A stretch of 64,000 nucleotides of DNA from Alphaproteobacteria bacterium (GCA_965243135.1 OZ251539.1:1760001-1824000), one strand, 5' to 3'. Shown: positions 50,753-61,340, counted from the stretch's first letter. The notes: generated from the letters alone by a model not told the origin. Program-made: numbers and translations.

Positions 50753-51541
50753 ATGCATGAAGATCTGACCGTGGAGAAGCTGTTCCGGATGGACGGCGAC
50801 GCCGTTTTCGTCACCGGCGCGGGCAACGGCTTCGGCCGAATAGCCGCCCTGGCGCTCGCCAACGCCGGAGCTTCGGTCGTCGTCACCGACATCGACAAGG
50901 CGGCGGCCGACAACGTAGCGCGCGAGATCGCCGAAAGCGGCGGCCGCGCCGTCGCGCTGGAACTCGACGTGTCGGAGCGGCAGGCCATCCGCGAGGCGGT
51001 CGACGCCGCGGCCAAGACGCTGGGCGGGTTGCACGTGCTGATCAACAATGCGGGAATCGCCCGGCGCGGCCCCACCGAAGAACTGGCGGACGAAGCCTGG
51101 GACGAGATCGTCGAGGTCAATCTCAGCGCGGCGATGGCGGGCTGCCGGGCCGCTGCGCCTCACATGTTCCGGCACGGCGACGGCCGGATCGTAAGCATTT
51201 CCTCGATCATGGGGTTGGTCGGAAACGCCATCTTCCCGCACGCCGGCTACCAGGCCACCAAAGGCGCGCTGGTCAACCTGACGCGTTCGCTCGCCGTCGA
51301 ATGGGCCGGACGGGGCGTCAGGGTCAACGCCATCGCGCCGTCTTTCTTCCGCACCAACTTCGGCGCGGCGTTCATGCAGTCCAACCCGGACGTCGTCGCG
51401 CGAATCGAGGCCTCCACCCCGATGGGACGCTTCGGCGAGCCGTGGGAATTGGCCGGTGCGCTGCTGTTTCTCGCGAGCCGGGCGTCGACGATGGTGACCG
51501 GCGTCACCCTGCCCGTTGACGGCGGCTGGACCTCGGCCTGA
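50753..51541 (+). CDS. SDR family oxidoreductase
   Basis: TGAGNGFG, NNAG, YQATK, NAIAP, VDGG. Confidence 0.92.
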   Translation: MHEDLTVEKLFRMDGDAVFVTGAGNGFGRIAALALANAGASVVVTDIDKAAADNVAREIAESGGRAVALELDVSERQAIREAVDAAAKTLGGLHVLINNAGIARRGPTEELADEAWDEIVEVNLSAAMAGCRAAAPHMFRHGDGRIVSISSIMGLVGNAIFPHAGYQATKGALVNLTRSLAVEWAGRGVRVNAIAPSFFRTNFGAAFMQSNPDVVARIEASTPMGRFGEPWELAGALLFLASRASTMVTGVTLPVDGGWTSA

Positions 51542-52238
51542 ACGGCTGCCGCGCGGACGCCTGCCGGGATCGGACGACCTGATAGCCCGGCCGCCAGATG
51601 TAGCGGACCGGCGCGCTGAGCATGTGGACGAGCCGCGTGAACGGAAACGCGAGGAAGAGCGTGAGCCCCAGGAACAAATGCAACTTGAATATGGGATGCG
51701 CGTCCTCGATGTAGGACGCGGCCGCCGGGTCGAACGCGAAGATGCCTTGGGCCCAGGCCATGAACGTCAGCATTTCTCCTCCGTCGAGATGCCCCAGCGA
51801 CAACGGAATCGTCGCCAGCCCGAGGACAAGCTGGATCCACAGCAAGACGATGACCGCGTTGTCTCCGAAGCTCGACGTCGCGCGGATGCGGGCGTCGAAC
51901 AGCCGGCGATGAGCCAGCATGGTGGCGCCGGCGAGCGCGAACAGCCCTGCGATTCCGCCCACGACGATCGCCATGACTTGCTTGGCTCCATGGCCGATGC
52001 CCAACGCCTCGAACGCGGCGATCGGCGTCAGCAATCCGACGAGGTGCCCCGCGAAGACGACCAGAACGCCGGCATGGAAGAGAACGGATCCCCACATCAG
52101 CTGCCGCCGCCGCAAGAGTTGGCTAGAGCCCGAGCGCCACGTGTACGGTTCGCGGTCGTAGCGAACGATCGACCCCACGACGAGGACGGTCAGCGCCACG
52201 TAGGGATATATTCCGAAGACGAGGGTATGCGCGCTCAC
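51504..52238 (-). CDS. narI: Respiratory nitrate reductase gamma subunit
   Basis: GIYPY, TWRSGSSQLL, FHAG..GH, PFTRLVH. Confidence 0.95.
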   Translation of the reverse strand: MSAHTLVFGIYPYVALTVLVVGSIVRYDREPYTWRSGSSQLLRRRQLMWGSVLFHAGVLVVFAGHLVGLLTPIAAFEALGIGHGAKQVMAIVVGGIAGLFALAGATMLAHRRLFDARIRATSSFGDNAVIVLLWIQLVLGLATIPLSLGHLDGGEMLTFMAWAQGIFAFDPAAASYIEDAHPIFKLHLFLGLTLFLAFPFTRLVHMLSAPVRYIWRPGYQVVRSRQASARQPFRPRSSRRQRAG

Positions 52239-52873
52239 GGCATTGGGTCTCCCGGCGCGGCGGCGGGCCCGAACGTTACCGCCGTTTCCTCCCAGACGCG
52301 GTCGATCGCGGCGAGGTCGCCCGGATCGTCGTCGGGTTCCTGAAGCAAGGCCCTCACTTCGCCGGCGTCGGCCGGCACGTTCGCGAACTCCTCCAACGCC
52401 TCGAACGCGGCGGCGTAAAGACTGTCCCGCCGCCTGAGACGCTCCGCTAGCGCGCCGAGTATGTCGAGCGGCTGGGCGACGAGGTCGCGCGCCTCGGACG
52501 GCGGACGCGTCGCGGCGAATTCGAGGAACAGCGGCAGGTAGTCCGGAAGTTCCCGCGCAGCGACCCGGAAGCCGTTGCGTTCGTACAGCTCCGACAGGTC
52601 GACCATCGCCTGCCCCCGGTCGCGGCTTTCCCCGTGCACGTGCTCGAAGAGATGCAAGGACAAGGATCGCGTTCGGTCGAACAGGTAGACGTAGCGCTCG
52701 CGCGAGTCGTAGAGGTCGCGCGCCGCGATATCGTCGATAAGCGCCGTCACTTTCGCGCGGCATGCCGGCGACAGCAGGGCCTCGCCGTCAAGCGCTTCCG
52801 ACAGGTCGCGAGCGGGAAGCTCCCCGTCCGGATAGGAAAGGAGAATCGAAAGAATCTTGAGGGTTCGAATCAC
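52235..52873 (-). CDS. narJ: Nitrate reductase molybdenum cofactor assembly chaperone
   Basis: LLSYP, SLHLFEHVHGESRDRGQAM, ELPDYLPLFLEF. Confidence 0.95.
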   Translation of the reverse strand: MIRTLKILSILLSYPDGELPARDLSEALDGEALLSPACRAKVTALIDDIAARDLYDSRERYVYLFDRTRSLSLHLFEHVHGESRDRGQAMVDLSELYERNGFRVAARELPDYLPLFLEFAATRPPSEARDLVAQPLDILGALAERLRRRDSLYAAAFEALEEFANVPADAGEVRALLQEPDDDPGDLAAIDRVWEETAVTFGPAAAPGDPMP

Positions 52874-54384
52874 CGCTCCGCAGCCTTCTTGCGTCCCGCG
52901 CCGCCGAAAAGATTGCCTCCTCCGGAGCCGCCGGAACAGCCGTTGCCGAACGAGAAGCCGCAGGATCCGCGCAGATCGTAAGCGTCCTCGACCTCTTCCC
53001 TGTGCGACGTAGGAATGACGAAGCGATCCTCGTAGTTGGCGATCGCCATCAGCTTGTACATTTCCTCGATCTGGCCGGAAGAGAGGCCTACGCGCTCCAG
53101 GACCCTTTCGTTCGGCGACCCTTCGACGGTGACGCTTCTCATGTAGATGCGCATCGCGAACAGGCGCTCGAGCGCGCCCGCGATCGGCTCTTCCTTGCCG
53201 GCGGCGAGCAGATTGGCGAGGTAACGGACGGGTATCCGGAGCGAGCGCACGTCCGGGATGTCGTCGTCGAAGCCGATCATCCCGTTCTCGGCCGCGGACT
53301 GGATCGGCGACAGCGGCGGCACGTACCAGACCATGGGAAGGGTCCGGTATTCCGGATGGAGCGGAAACGCGACCTTCCAGTCGACGGCCATCTTGTAGAC
53401 GGGCGAATTCCGCGCCGCCTCCAGCCATCCGTCCGGAATTCCGTCCCGGCGGGCCTGCCGGATCACCCCGTCGTCGTTGGGGTCGAGAAAGATCCCGAGC
53501 TGCTCCTCGTAAAGATCCTGTTCGTTTTCCGTCGCGGCCGCGGCCTCGATCCGGTCCGCGTCGTAGAGCATCACGCCGAGATAGCGGATCCTTCCGACGC
53601 AGGTCTCCGAGCAGACCGTCGGCTGCCCGGCCTCGATGCGCGGGTAGCAAAGCGTGCATTTTTCCGACTTTCCGGACGACCAGTTGAAGTAGATCTTCTT
53701 GTACGGGCAACCGGACACGCACATCCGCCAGCCGCGGCATTTCTCCTGATCGATCAGGACGATCCCGTCCTCCTCGCGCTTGTAGATCGCCCCCGACGGA
53801 CAGACGGCCGCGCAGCTCGGGTTGAGGCAGTGTTCGCACAGGCGCGGGAGATACATCATGAACGTGTTCTCGAACTGCCCGTAGATTTCCTTCTCGATTC
53901 CCTCGAAATTCTCGTCCTTCGAGCGCTTCTCGAATTCTCCTCCGAGAATCTCCTCCCAGTTGGGCCCGGCCTCGATCTTCTCCATGCGCTCGCCGGTGAT
54001 CCGGGAGCGCGGCCGCGCGGTCGGCGTCGCCTTCATCTCCGGCGCCGACTGCAAATGGTCGTAATCGAAATCGAACGGCTCGTAGTAGTCGTCGATTTCC
54101 GGCAGGTCGGGATTGGCGAAGATCTTCGCCAGAATTTTCCATTTGGCGCCCATGGTGGGCTGAAGCTTGCCGTTCTTCTTGCGCACCCATCCGCCGTTCC
54201 ACCGATCCTGGTTCTCCCACTCGTTCGGATAGCCGGTTCCGGGCTTGCTCTCGACGTTGTTGAACCACGCGTATTCCATGCCGTCGCGATTCGTCCACAC
54301 GTTCTTGCAGGTGACGGAGCACGTATGGCAGCCGATGCACTTGTCGAGATTGAGGACCTTGCCGATCTGGGCGCGAATCTTCAT
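52870..54384 (-). CDS. narH: Respiratory nitrate reductase beta subunit
   Basis: MKIRAQIGKVLNLDKCIGCHTCSVTCK, CEHCLNPSC, CRGWRMC. Confidence 0.97.
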   Translation of the reverse strand: MKIRAQIGKVLNLDKCIGCHTCSVTCKNVWTNRDGMEYAWFNNVESKPGTGYPNEWENQDRWNGGWVRKKNGKLQPTMGAKWKILAKIFANPDLPEIDDYYEPFDFDYDHLQSAPEMKATPTARPRSRITGERMEKIEAGPNWEEILGGEFEKRSKDENFEGIEKEIYGQFENTFMMYLPRLCEHCLNPSCAAVCPSGAIYKREEDGIVLIDQEKCRGWRMCVSGCPYKKIYFNWSSGKSEKCTLCYPRIEAGQPTVCSETCVGRIRYLGVMLYDADRIEAAAATENEQDLYEEQLGIFLDPNDDGVIRQARRDGIPDGWLEAARNSPVYKMAVDWKVAFPLHPEYRTLPMVWYVPPLSPIQSAAENGMIGFDDDIPDVRSLRIPVRYLANLLAAGKEEPIAGALERLFAMRIYMRSVTVEGSPNERVLERVGLSSGQIEEMYKLMAIANYEDRFVIPTSHREEVEDAYDLRGSCGFSFGNGCSGGSGGGNLFGGAGRKKAAER

Positions 54385-57300
54385 GGCGTTTTCTCCCCTG
54401 CCGCCGTTTCTCCGGCGGGTTCGTCGAGCCAGTCTATCCGGCCCATCTTGCGAACGACGACGAATTCGTCCCGGTTCGAGCCGACCGTTCCGTAATAGTT
54501 GAAGCCGTACGATTGCTGCGCGTAACCGCCGATCATGTGCGTCGGCTTGACCACGGCGCGCGTCACCGAGTTGTGTATTCCGCCGCGACGGCCCGTCGTT
54601 TCCGAACCGGGCGTGTTCACCACTTTCTCCTGGGCATGGTACATGAAGAGCGTGCCTTCCCTGATCCGCTGCGAGACGACGGCGCGCGCGGTCAGGGCGC
54701 CGTTGCGGTTGTACGCCTCGACCCAGTCGTTGTCCCGGATGCCCGCCTTCGCGGCGTCGATCTCGGAGATCCACACGACCGGGCCGCCCCGGTTGAGCGT
54801 CAGCATCAGGAGGTTGTCGGTATAGGTGGAATGGATCCCCCATTTTTGGTGGGGAGTGATGAAGTTGAGGACGATCTGCGGGTTGCCGTCCGCTTTCTCG
54901 TCGATCAGGGATCCGATGCTCTTCGTTTCGATCGGCGGCCGGTACACGCAAAAACCCTCGCCGAAGGCGCGCATCCACAGGTGATCCTGATAGAGCTGCT
55001 GGCGCCCGGTAAGCGTGCGCCACGGAATCAGTTCGTGGACGTTCGTATAGCCCGCGTTGTAGCAGACGGCCTCCGATTCGAGGCCGGACCACGTCGGCGA
55101 GGAAATGATCTTGCGGGGCTGGGCGACGATGTCGGCGAAACGAATCTTTTCGTCCTCCTTCGATTCCGCCAGATGGGCGTGCCGCCTTCCCGTCGCCTTC
55201 GACAGCGCATCCCAGGCGCGAACCGCGACTTCGCCGTTGGTCTCCGGCGCCAGCATCAGAATCGTTTCGGCCGCGTCGACGTCGCTTTCGATGCGCGGCA
55301 ATCCGGCGGTCGGCCCGTCCCCGCTCGCAACGCCGTTCAGCGCCCTCAAACGCTCGATCTCGGGATCGGTATTCCAGGCGATCCCCTTGCCTCCGTTGCC
55401 CAGCCGGGACATCAGCGGCCCCAGCGCCGTGAAGCGGGCGTAAACGTTCGGGTAGTCCCGTTCGACCACGGCGACCGCGGGCATGGTCTTTCCGGGCGCC
55501 GGATCGACCTCGCCCTTCTTCCACTCCCGCACCTCGAACGCCTGGGCGAGCTCGAGCGGCGTGTCGTGAAGGATCGGCGCAAGGACGACGTCCTTCTCCA
55601 CGCCGAGGACTTCGGGCGCCACTTCGGAAAACGTTCGCGCCAGCCCCTTGAAGATCTCCCAGTCGCTACGGCATTCCCAGACGGGATCGACCGCCGCGGT
55701 CAGCGGATGGATGAACGGATGCATGTCCGAAGTGTTGAGGTCGTTCTTCTCGTACCAGGTCGCCGTGGGCAGCACGATGTCCGAATAGACGCAGGTCGTG
55801 GACATGCGGAAGTCGATCGTCACGAGCAGGTCGAGCTTGCCCTGCGGCGCCTCCTCGCGCCAGACGACCTCCCGCGGCTTGCGGTCCCCGGTCTCTCCGA
55901 GATCCCGGTTCATGACGCCGTGGTCGGCGCCGAGCAGGTGCTTGAGGAAGTATTCGTGGCCCTTGCCGGACGAGCCCAGGAGGTTGGAGCGCCACACGAA
56001 GAGGTTGCGCGGCCAATTGGCGGGATTGTCGGGATCTTCGCACGACATCCTTAGTTCGCCGGCCTTCAGCGCCGCCGCGACGTGCTCGGAGGGATCGGCC
56101 CCGGCTTCTTCCGCCCGCCTGGCGACGTCCAGCGGGTTGGTTTCGAGCTGCGGCGCCGAAGGCAGCCATCCCATGCGCTCCGAACGGACATTGTAGTCGA
56201 CGAGCGCGCCGTCCCACGACCCGTCCGGCGCAGTCGGGGACAGCAGTTCGTCGACGCCGAGCGTTTCGTAGCGCCACTGGTCGGTGTGAGCGTAGAAGAA
56301 CGAGGTGGAGTTCATGTGCCGGGGGGGTCTGCTCCAGTCGAGCGCGAAGGCGAGAGGCAGCCAGCCGGTCTGCGGCCGGAGCTTCTCCTGACCGACGTAG
56401 TGGCACCAGCCGCCGCCCGACTGACCCACGCAGCCGCACATCACCAGGAGATTGATGATCCCCCGGTAGTTCATGTCCATGTGGTACCAATGGTTGAGTC
56501 CGGCGCCGAGGATGACCATCGAGCGCCCGCCCGTCTTTTCGGCGTTGGCCGCGAACTCGCGCGCCACGGCCGCGATGCGTCCGGCGGGAACGCCCGTGAT
56601 CCTCTCCGCCCAGGCCGGCGTGTAGGGCGCGTCGTCGTCGTAGGAAACGCCGACGCCGTAATTCGCGACGAGGAGATCGAACACCGTCGCCGCGAGCGCC
56701 TCGCCGTTCCCGAGCGCCACCCGCTTCGCGGGCACGCGCCTTTCGAGGACGTCCGGATGATCGGTGCCTTCGAAGTGATCGTGGGACCGGTTGCCGAAAT
56801 AAGGGAAGCCTACCGCGACGTCCGGCTCCCCGGCCAGCGACAGGGCGAGATCGACCGTTCGCCCTTCGGCGTCGCGGGTTTCGAGATTCCAGCCGCCCTG
56901 CCCTTCCCATCGGAACCCCGCCGCCCCGGCGGGCGCGACGAAGCCGCCCGACGCGCGATCGAACGCCACGGTCTTCCACTCGGCGTTGCCTTGCCGGCCC
57001 AGTTCTCCGTCGAAGTCCGACGCGCGGAGGAAACGATCCGGAACGTAACGGCCGTCCCGCTCCGTCAGCAGGACCAGCATCGGCATGTCGGTGAAGCGCC
57101 GGGCGTAATCGGCGAAGTACTCGACCTGCCGGTCGATATGGAACTCGCGCAGGACAACGTGCCCCATGGCGAGGGCGAGGGCCGCGTCGGTGCCCTGCTT
57201 CGGATGGAGCCACAGGTCGGCGAATTTGGCCGCCTCGGAGTAATCGGGGCAGATCACCACGGACTTGGCGCCCCGATAGCGCGCTTCGGTATAGAAGTGC

Positions 57301-58088
57301 GCGTCGGGCGTCCGCGTCTGCGGCACGTTGGAACCCCAGAGAATCAGGAAGCCCGAATTGTACCAGTCGGCCGATTCGGGCACGTCGGTCTGCTCGCCCC
57401 ACGTCATGGGCGACGCCGGGGGCAGGTCGCAATACCAGTCGTAGAACGACATGCACACGCCGCCGAGAAGCGAAAGGTACCGGGAACCGGCGGCGTAAGA
57501 CACCATCGACATGGCGGGGATGGGAGAGAAACCGACGATCCGGTCGGGACCATGCGTCCGGATCGTATAGGCGTTGGCGGCCGCGACGATTTCGTTCGCC
57601 TCGTCCCATTCCGCGCGGACGAAGCCGCCGAGCCCGCGTTTCCGCGTATAGGACGCGCGCCGGTCCGGATCCTCGACGATGGAGGCCCAGGCGGCGACCG
57701 GCGGAAGATTTTCGCGCGCCGCGCGCCACAACCTGAGCAGCGGCGTGCGGATCAGCGGATGCTTCACCCGGTTGGCGGAGTACATGTACCAGCTGTAGCT
57801 CGCGCCGCGGCTGCAGCCGCGGGGCTCGTGATTCGGCAGTTCGGGACGGGTCCGGGGATAATCCGTCTGCTGGGTTTCCCAGGTGACGATCCCGCCCTTG
57901 ACGTAGATCTTCCACGAGCAAGCGCCCGTGCAGTTCGCTCCGTGGGTCGAACGCACGACCTTGTCGTGTTGCCAGCGTTTGCGATAGCCGTCTTCCCAGC
58001 GCCGGTCCTCTTCGGTGACGACGCCATGCCCGTCCGAGAACGAATCGCGCGGCGACAGGAAATTCAAGCGGTCAAGCAGATGGCTCAC
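54381..58088 (-). CDS. narG: Respiratory nitrate reductase alpha subunit
   Basis: VRSTHGANCTGAC (FS0 ligands), SFYDWYCDLP, HYVGQEKLRP, TPHQKWGIHS. Confidence 0.97.
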   Translation of the reverse strand: MSHLLDRLNFLSPRDSFSDGHGVVTEEDRRWEDGYRKRWQHDKVVRSTHGANCTGACSWKIYVKGGIVTWETQQTDYPRTRPELPNHEPRGCSRGASYSWYMYSANRVKHPLIRTPLLRLWRAARENLPPVAAWASIVEDPDRRASYTRKRGLGGFVRAEWDEANEIVAAANAYTIRTHGPDRIVGFSPIPAMSMVSYAAGSRYLSLLGGVCMSFYDWYCDLPPASPMTWGEQTDVPESADWYNSGFLILWGSNVPQTRTPDAHFYTEARYRGAKSVVICPDYSEAAKFADLWLHPKQGTDAALALAMGHVVLREFHIDRQVEYFADYARRFTDMPMLVLLTERDGRYVPDRFLRASDFDGELGRQGNAEWKTVAFDRASGGFVAPAGAAGFRWEGQGGWNLETRDAEGRTVDLALSLAGEPDVAVGFPYFGNRSHDHFEGTDHPDVLERRVPAKRVALGNGEALAATVFDLLVANYGVGVSYDDDAPYTPAWAERITGVPAGRIAAVAREFAANAEKTGGRSMVILGAGLNHWYHMDMNYRGIINLLVMCGCVGQSGGGWCHYVGQEKLRPQTGWLPLAFALDWSRPPRHMNSTSFFYAHTDQWRYETLGVDELLSPTAPDGSWDGALVDYNVRSERMGWLPSAPQLETNPLDVARRAEEAGADPSEHVAAALKAGELRMSCEDPDNPANWPRNLFVWRSNLLGSSGKGHEYFLKHLLGADHGVMNRDLGETGDRKPREVVWREEAPQGKLDLLVTIDFRMSTTCVYSDIVLPTATWYEKNDLNTSDMHPFIHPLTAAVDPVWECRSDWEIFKGLARTFSEVAPEVLGVEKDVVLAPILHDTPLELAQAFEVREWKKGEVDPAPGKTMPAVAVVERDYPNVYARFTALGPLMSRLGNGGKGIAWNTDPEIERLRALNGVASGDGPTAGLPRIESDVDAAETILMLAPETNGEVAVRAWDALSKATGRRHAHLAESKEDEKIRFADIVAQPRKIISSPTWSGLESEAVCYNAGYTNVHELIPWRTLTGRQQLYQDHLWMRAFGEGFCVYRPPIETKSIGSLIDEKADGNPQIVLNFITPHQKWGIHSTYTDNLLMLTLNRGGPVVWISEIDAAKAGIRDNDWVEAYNRNGALTARAVVSQRIREGTLFMYHAQEKVVNTPGSETTGRRGGIHNSVTRAVVKPTHMIGGYAQQSYGFNYYGTVGSNRDEFVVVRKMGRIDWLDEPAGETAAGEKTP

Positions 58089-58097
58089 GGCGTCCTC

Positions 58098-59462
58098 TCA
58101 ACAGGGAACCGGCGCGTTGCGCCGCGTGTAGCAGGTCCACGTGATGCACAGGCAGAGGGCGTAGAACCCCATGAAAACCGCCAGCGCGGCTTCCGGTCCG
58201 CCGGTGATCGCGATCGAGCTTCCGTAGGCTTTCGGAATGAAGAAGGCTCCGTAGGCCGCGACCGCGGAGGTGAACGCGATGATCGCCGCCGACTCGCGCC
58301 CCGATTGCAAGCGGCGGCCCTCCTCGTCGAGATCCGGCATCAAGCGCGCGACTTCCTTGCCCATGATGCTCGGGATCATCTGGAAGGTGGACGCGTTTCC
58401 GACTCCGGTCGCGAGGAACAGCGCCATGAACATCGCGAAAAAGCCCCAAAACGCGCCGGGCGCGTCCTTGATTCCGAGAAAGAAGAGCACCCCCGCCACG
58501 GCGAGCAGCATCGCGAGGAAGGTCCAGAACGTGACGCGACCGCCGCCGTACCTGTCCGATACCCAGCCCGTCGCCGCGCGGCTGAGAGCGCCCACGAGCG
58601 GTCCGAGGAAGACGTACTGGAGGGAGTCGATCTCGGGAAACTGGGTCTTGGCGAGAAGCGGAAATCCGGCCGAGTACCCGATGAACGAACCGAACGTTCC
58701 CGTGTAGAGAACGCACATGATCCAGTTGTGCTTGCGCCGAAAGATTATCGCCTGCTCCCTGAAGGAGGCCCTCGCGGAAGAGATGTCGTTCATGCCGAAC
58801 CAGGCGGCGGCGGCGCAGATCGCGAGGAACGGCACCCAGACGAAGCCGGCGTTCTGCAACCAGAGCTTTCCGCCTTCCGTGGTGGTCTGGGGCGCGCCGC
58901 CGAGGGCGCCGAACACGCCTGCCGCCACCGCCAGCGGCACCGCGAATTGCATGACCGAAACGCCGGCGTTGCCGAGTCCGGCGTTGAGCGCGAGCGCGTT
59001 GCCTTTTTCCGACTGGGGAAAGAAGAAACTGATGTTCGCCATCGAAGACGCGAAGTTGCCGCCGCCGAGTCCGCAGAGAAGCGCGAGTCCGAGAAACAGG
59101 ACGTAGGGCGTTTCGGGATCCTGCACCGCGAAGCCGATTCCGGCGGCGGGCACGAGCAGGGAAGCGGTGGACAACGTCGTCCAGAGGCGGCCTCCGAAAA
59201 TCGGGACCATGAACGAATAGAATATGCGGAGAGTGGCCCCCGACAGGCCGGGAAGGGCCGCCAGCCAGAAAAGCTCGTCCGTCGTATACGTAAACCCGAC
59301 GGCGGGCAGCTTGGCGACGACGACGCTCCACACCAGCCAGACCGAAAAGGCCAGCAGCAGGCAGGGTATCGAGATCCAGAGATTGCGCGCCGCGATCCGC
59401 TTGCCGCGGTCCCGCCAGAACGCGGGGTCGTCGGGCCGCCAGTCGATCAGCGCGCGGGCCAT
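58098..59462 (-). CDS. narK2: Nitrate/nitrite antiporter (NarK2 type)
   Basis: RNLWIS, GGGNFASSMANISFFFP, GNASTFQMI. Confidence 0.92.
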   Translation of the reverse strand: MARALIDWRPDDPAFWRDRGKRIAARNLWISIPCLLLAFSVWLVWSVVVAKLPAVGFTYTTDELFWLAALPGLSGATLRIFYSFMVPIFGGRLWTTLSTASLLVPAAGIGFAVQDPETPYVLFLGLALLCGLGGGNFASSMANISFFFPQSEKGNALALNAGLGNAGVSVMQFAVPLAVAAGVFGALGGAPQTTTEGGKLWLQNAGFVWVPFLAICAAAAWFGMNDISSARASFREQAIIFRRKHNWIMCVLYTGTFGSFIGYSAGFPLLAKTQFPEIDSLQYVFLGPLVGALSRAATGWVSDRYGGGRVTFWTFLAMLLAVAGVLFFLGIKDAPGAFWGFFAMFMALFLATGVGNASTFQMIPSIMGKEVARLMPDLDEEGRRLQSGRESAAIIAFTSAVAAYGAFFIPKAYGSSIAITGGPEAALAVFMGFYALCLCITWTCYTRRNAPVPC

Positions 59463-59469
59463 GCGTCCG

Positions 59470-60807
59470 TCAACCCCGCTTGGGATGCGACGGCGGCGGA
59501 CCGACGGAGACGTCGGGCACGTCGCTCAGATAGATCTCTTCCGCGAGGGCCGGATGGCGGCGGCGCTCCATGAGACGGATGGCCGCGTGCATCCAGACCA
59601 GGCTCACGAGGACGATCGCGAACATCAGCATGAAGCAGCTCGTCCACACCCCGGTCAGATCGTTCATGATCCCGAACGCGATGGGCAGGGCGAATCCGCC
59701 GAGGCCGCCGATCATGCCGACAAGGCCTCCGACCGCGCCGACGTGATACGGGTAGTAGACGGGGATGTGCTTGTAGACCGCCGCCTTGCCGAGCGACATC
59801 ACGAAACCCAGCGCGATGGTGAGAAAGGCGAAAAGCGGCACGCCCACGCCGAAGGAGAACGTCAGCGGACCCTCGATGCCTTTCACGGTGTAGCGCGTCT
59901 CGGGATAGCTGAGAACGAACAGGCAGATCAGGGAGACGACGAAGGTGACGTACATCACCGCCCGCGCGCCCCATCGGTCCGACATCCAGCCGCCGAGCGC
60001 GCGGAATACCGACGCGGGAAGAGAATACGCCGCGGCCAGCATGCCCGCGGCCTCGAGGCTGAGGCCGTAAGCGCCAACGTAGTAGCGCGGCAACCACGAG
60101 GCGAGCGCGACGAAGGCGCCGAAAACGAAGAAGTAGTAGGTGGCGAACCGCCATACCTGCCAGTTCTTCAACGGCGCCAGCTGTTCGGCGGCCGAGACGG
60201 ACTTGCGCTTCTCGCGCCGGCGCGCCTGCAACGCCGGATCCTCTTTGGCGAACGCGTAGAACGCGACCGCCACCGCCGCCAGGCAGACGGCGTAGGTCTG
60301 CGCCGCCGCCTGCCAGCCGAAGGCGACGACGAGAAAGGGCGCGCCGAAATTGGTGACCGCGGCGCCGACGTTCCCCGCCCCGAATATGCCGAGAGCCGTG
60401 CCTTGCCTCTCTTTCGGAAACCAGTGCGACACGTATGTGACGCCGACGATGAAGGATCCTCCGGCCAGCCCGACGCCGAGGGCGGCGACGAGGAACATCG
60501 CGTAGCTGTCGACGCTCGACAGCAGCCAGGTGGCGACGGCGGTGGCGATCATCTGAAGCGCATAGACGAGACGCCCGCCGTATTGCTCCGTCCAGACGCC
60601 GAGAAAGATCCGGCTTACCGAACCCGTCAGAACCGGCGTGGCGACCAGAATGCCGAATTCGGTCTCCGAAAGGTCGAGGTCGTCCTTGATCTTCACGCCG
60701 ACGATCGAAAAGATCGTCCAGACCGCGAAGCACACAGTGAACGCGAAAGTGCTCCAGCCAATGGCGCGGTATTGTTCGCCGCGCGTAACGTCGTCCACAA
60801 AATGCAT
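59470..60807 (-). CDS. narK1: Nitrate/proton symporter (NarK1 type)
   Basis: AFTVCFAVW, GIFGAGNVG, GKAAVYKHIP, GGLGGF. Confidence 0.92.
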   Translation of the reverse strand: MHFVDDVTRGEQYRAIGWSTFAFTVCFAVWTIFSIVGVKIKDDLDLSETEFGILVATPVLTGSVSRIFLGVWTEQYGGRLVYALQMIATAVATWLLSSVDSYAMFLVAALGVGLAGGSFIVGVTYVSHWFPKERQGTALGIFGAGNVGAAVTNFGAPFLVVAFGWQAAAQTYAVCLAAVAVAFYAFAKEDPALQARRREKRKSVSAAEQLAPLKNWQVWRFATYYFFVFGAFVALASWLPRYYVGAYGLSLEAAGMLAAAYSLPASVFRALGGWMSDRWGARAVMYVTFVVSLICLFVLSYPETRYTVKGIEGPLTFSFGVGVPLFAFLTIALGFVMSLGKAAVYKHIPVYYPYHVGAVGGLVGMIGGLGGFALPIAFGIMNDLTGVWTSCFMLMFAIVLVSLVWMHAAIRLMERRRHPALAEEIYLSDVPDVSVGPPPSHPKRG

Positions 60808-60875
60808 GCGGCAGCCTCCGACACGGCCTCGCCGTCCGTCTCGGCGCCATTGTGGGCATTTTCCCGTCCGGCGAA

Positions 60876-60889
60876 TTGATCCGAATTAA
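60876..60889. promoter_or_regulatory. FNR/CRP-family box (FnrL/NarR/NNR type)
   Basis: TTGAT-CCGA-ATTAA, one mismatch to TTGAT-N4-ATCAA, between narK1 and the dksA-like gene. Confidence 0.75.
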
Positions 60890-61009
60890 ACGACCGGGCC
60901 AATTGCGAAAAAAAAGCGCCGACGCTTCGCTTTGCGGTACACGCGACGCTTTCCGTGGTAAAACTCGGACGCCGCAAGAAACCGGGCGCAGCATTCAGGG
61001 AAGCGTGCG

Positions 61010-61336
61010 ATGATCGACACCGAGAGCGTCAGAAAACAGCTTGAGGAGCGTCTGGCGACACTGACGTCGAAACTGACGGAAATCGACGAAGACCTCAAGG
61101 AACACGGCACCGAGGCCGACTTCGAGGAACGCGCAACGGAAATTGCCGGCGACGAGGTTCTCGAGGGCCTGGGGCTTCAGGGCCAGAAGGAAGCGCTGCA
61201 GATCAGGGCGGCGTTGAAGCGAATCGGGGACGGAACCTACGGCATCTGCGTCCAGTGCGGCGAAGACATTCCCGAAAAGCGCCTCGAGCTGTTGCCGCAC
61301 ACGCCGCTTTGCACGGCCTGCATGTCGGCGAGCTGA
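61010..61336 (+). CDS. TraR/DksA C4 zinc-finger protein
   Basis: AALKRI..GTYGICVQCGEDI...RL...P....CTAC. Confidence 0.9.
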   Translation: MIDTESVRKQLEERLATLTSKLTEIDEDLKEHGTEADFEERATEIAGDEVLEGLGLQGQKEALQIRAALKRIGDGTYGICVQCGEDIPEKRLELLPHTPLCTACMSAS

Positions 61337-61340
61337 CCGT

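Noticed and set aside
51504-51541. 38-nt convergent overlap of narI and the SDR gene
   Set aside because: Best explained by a drifting narI C-terminal tail; common in high-GC genomes
57880-57960. NarG FS0 motif HGANCTGAC differs from the usual HGVNCTGSC
   Set aside because: The His/Cys ligands are retained and the changes are conservative; no evidence for a different enzyme
59455-59480. Possible split of a Paracoccus-type NarK1-NarK2 fusion by frameshift or readthrough
   Set aside because: Both genes have proper ends, the 7-nt gap is out of frame, and separate narK1/narK2 genes are common
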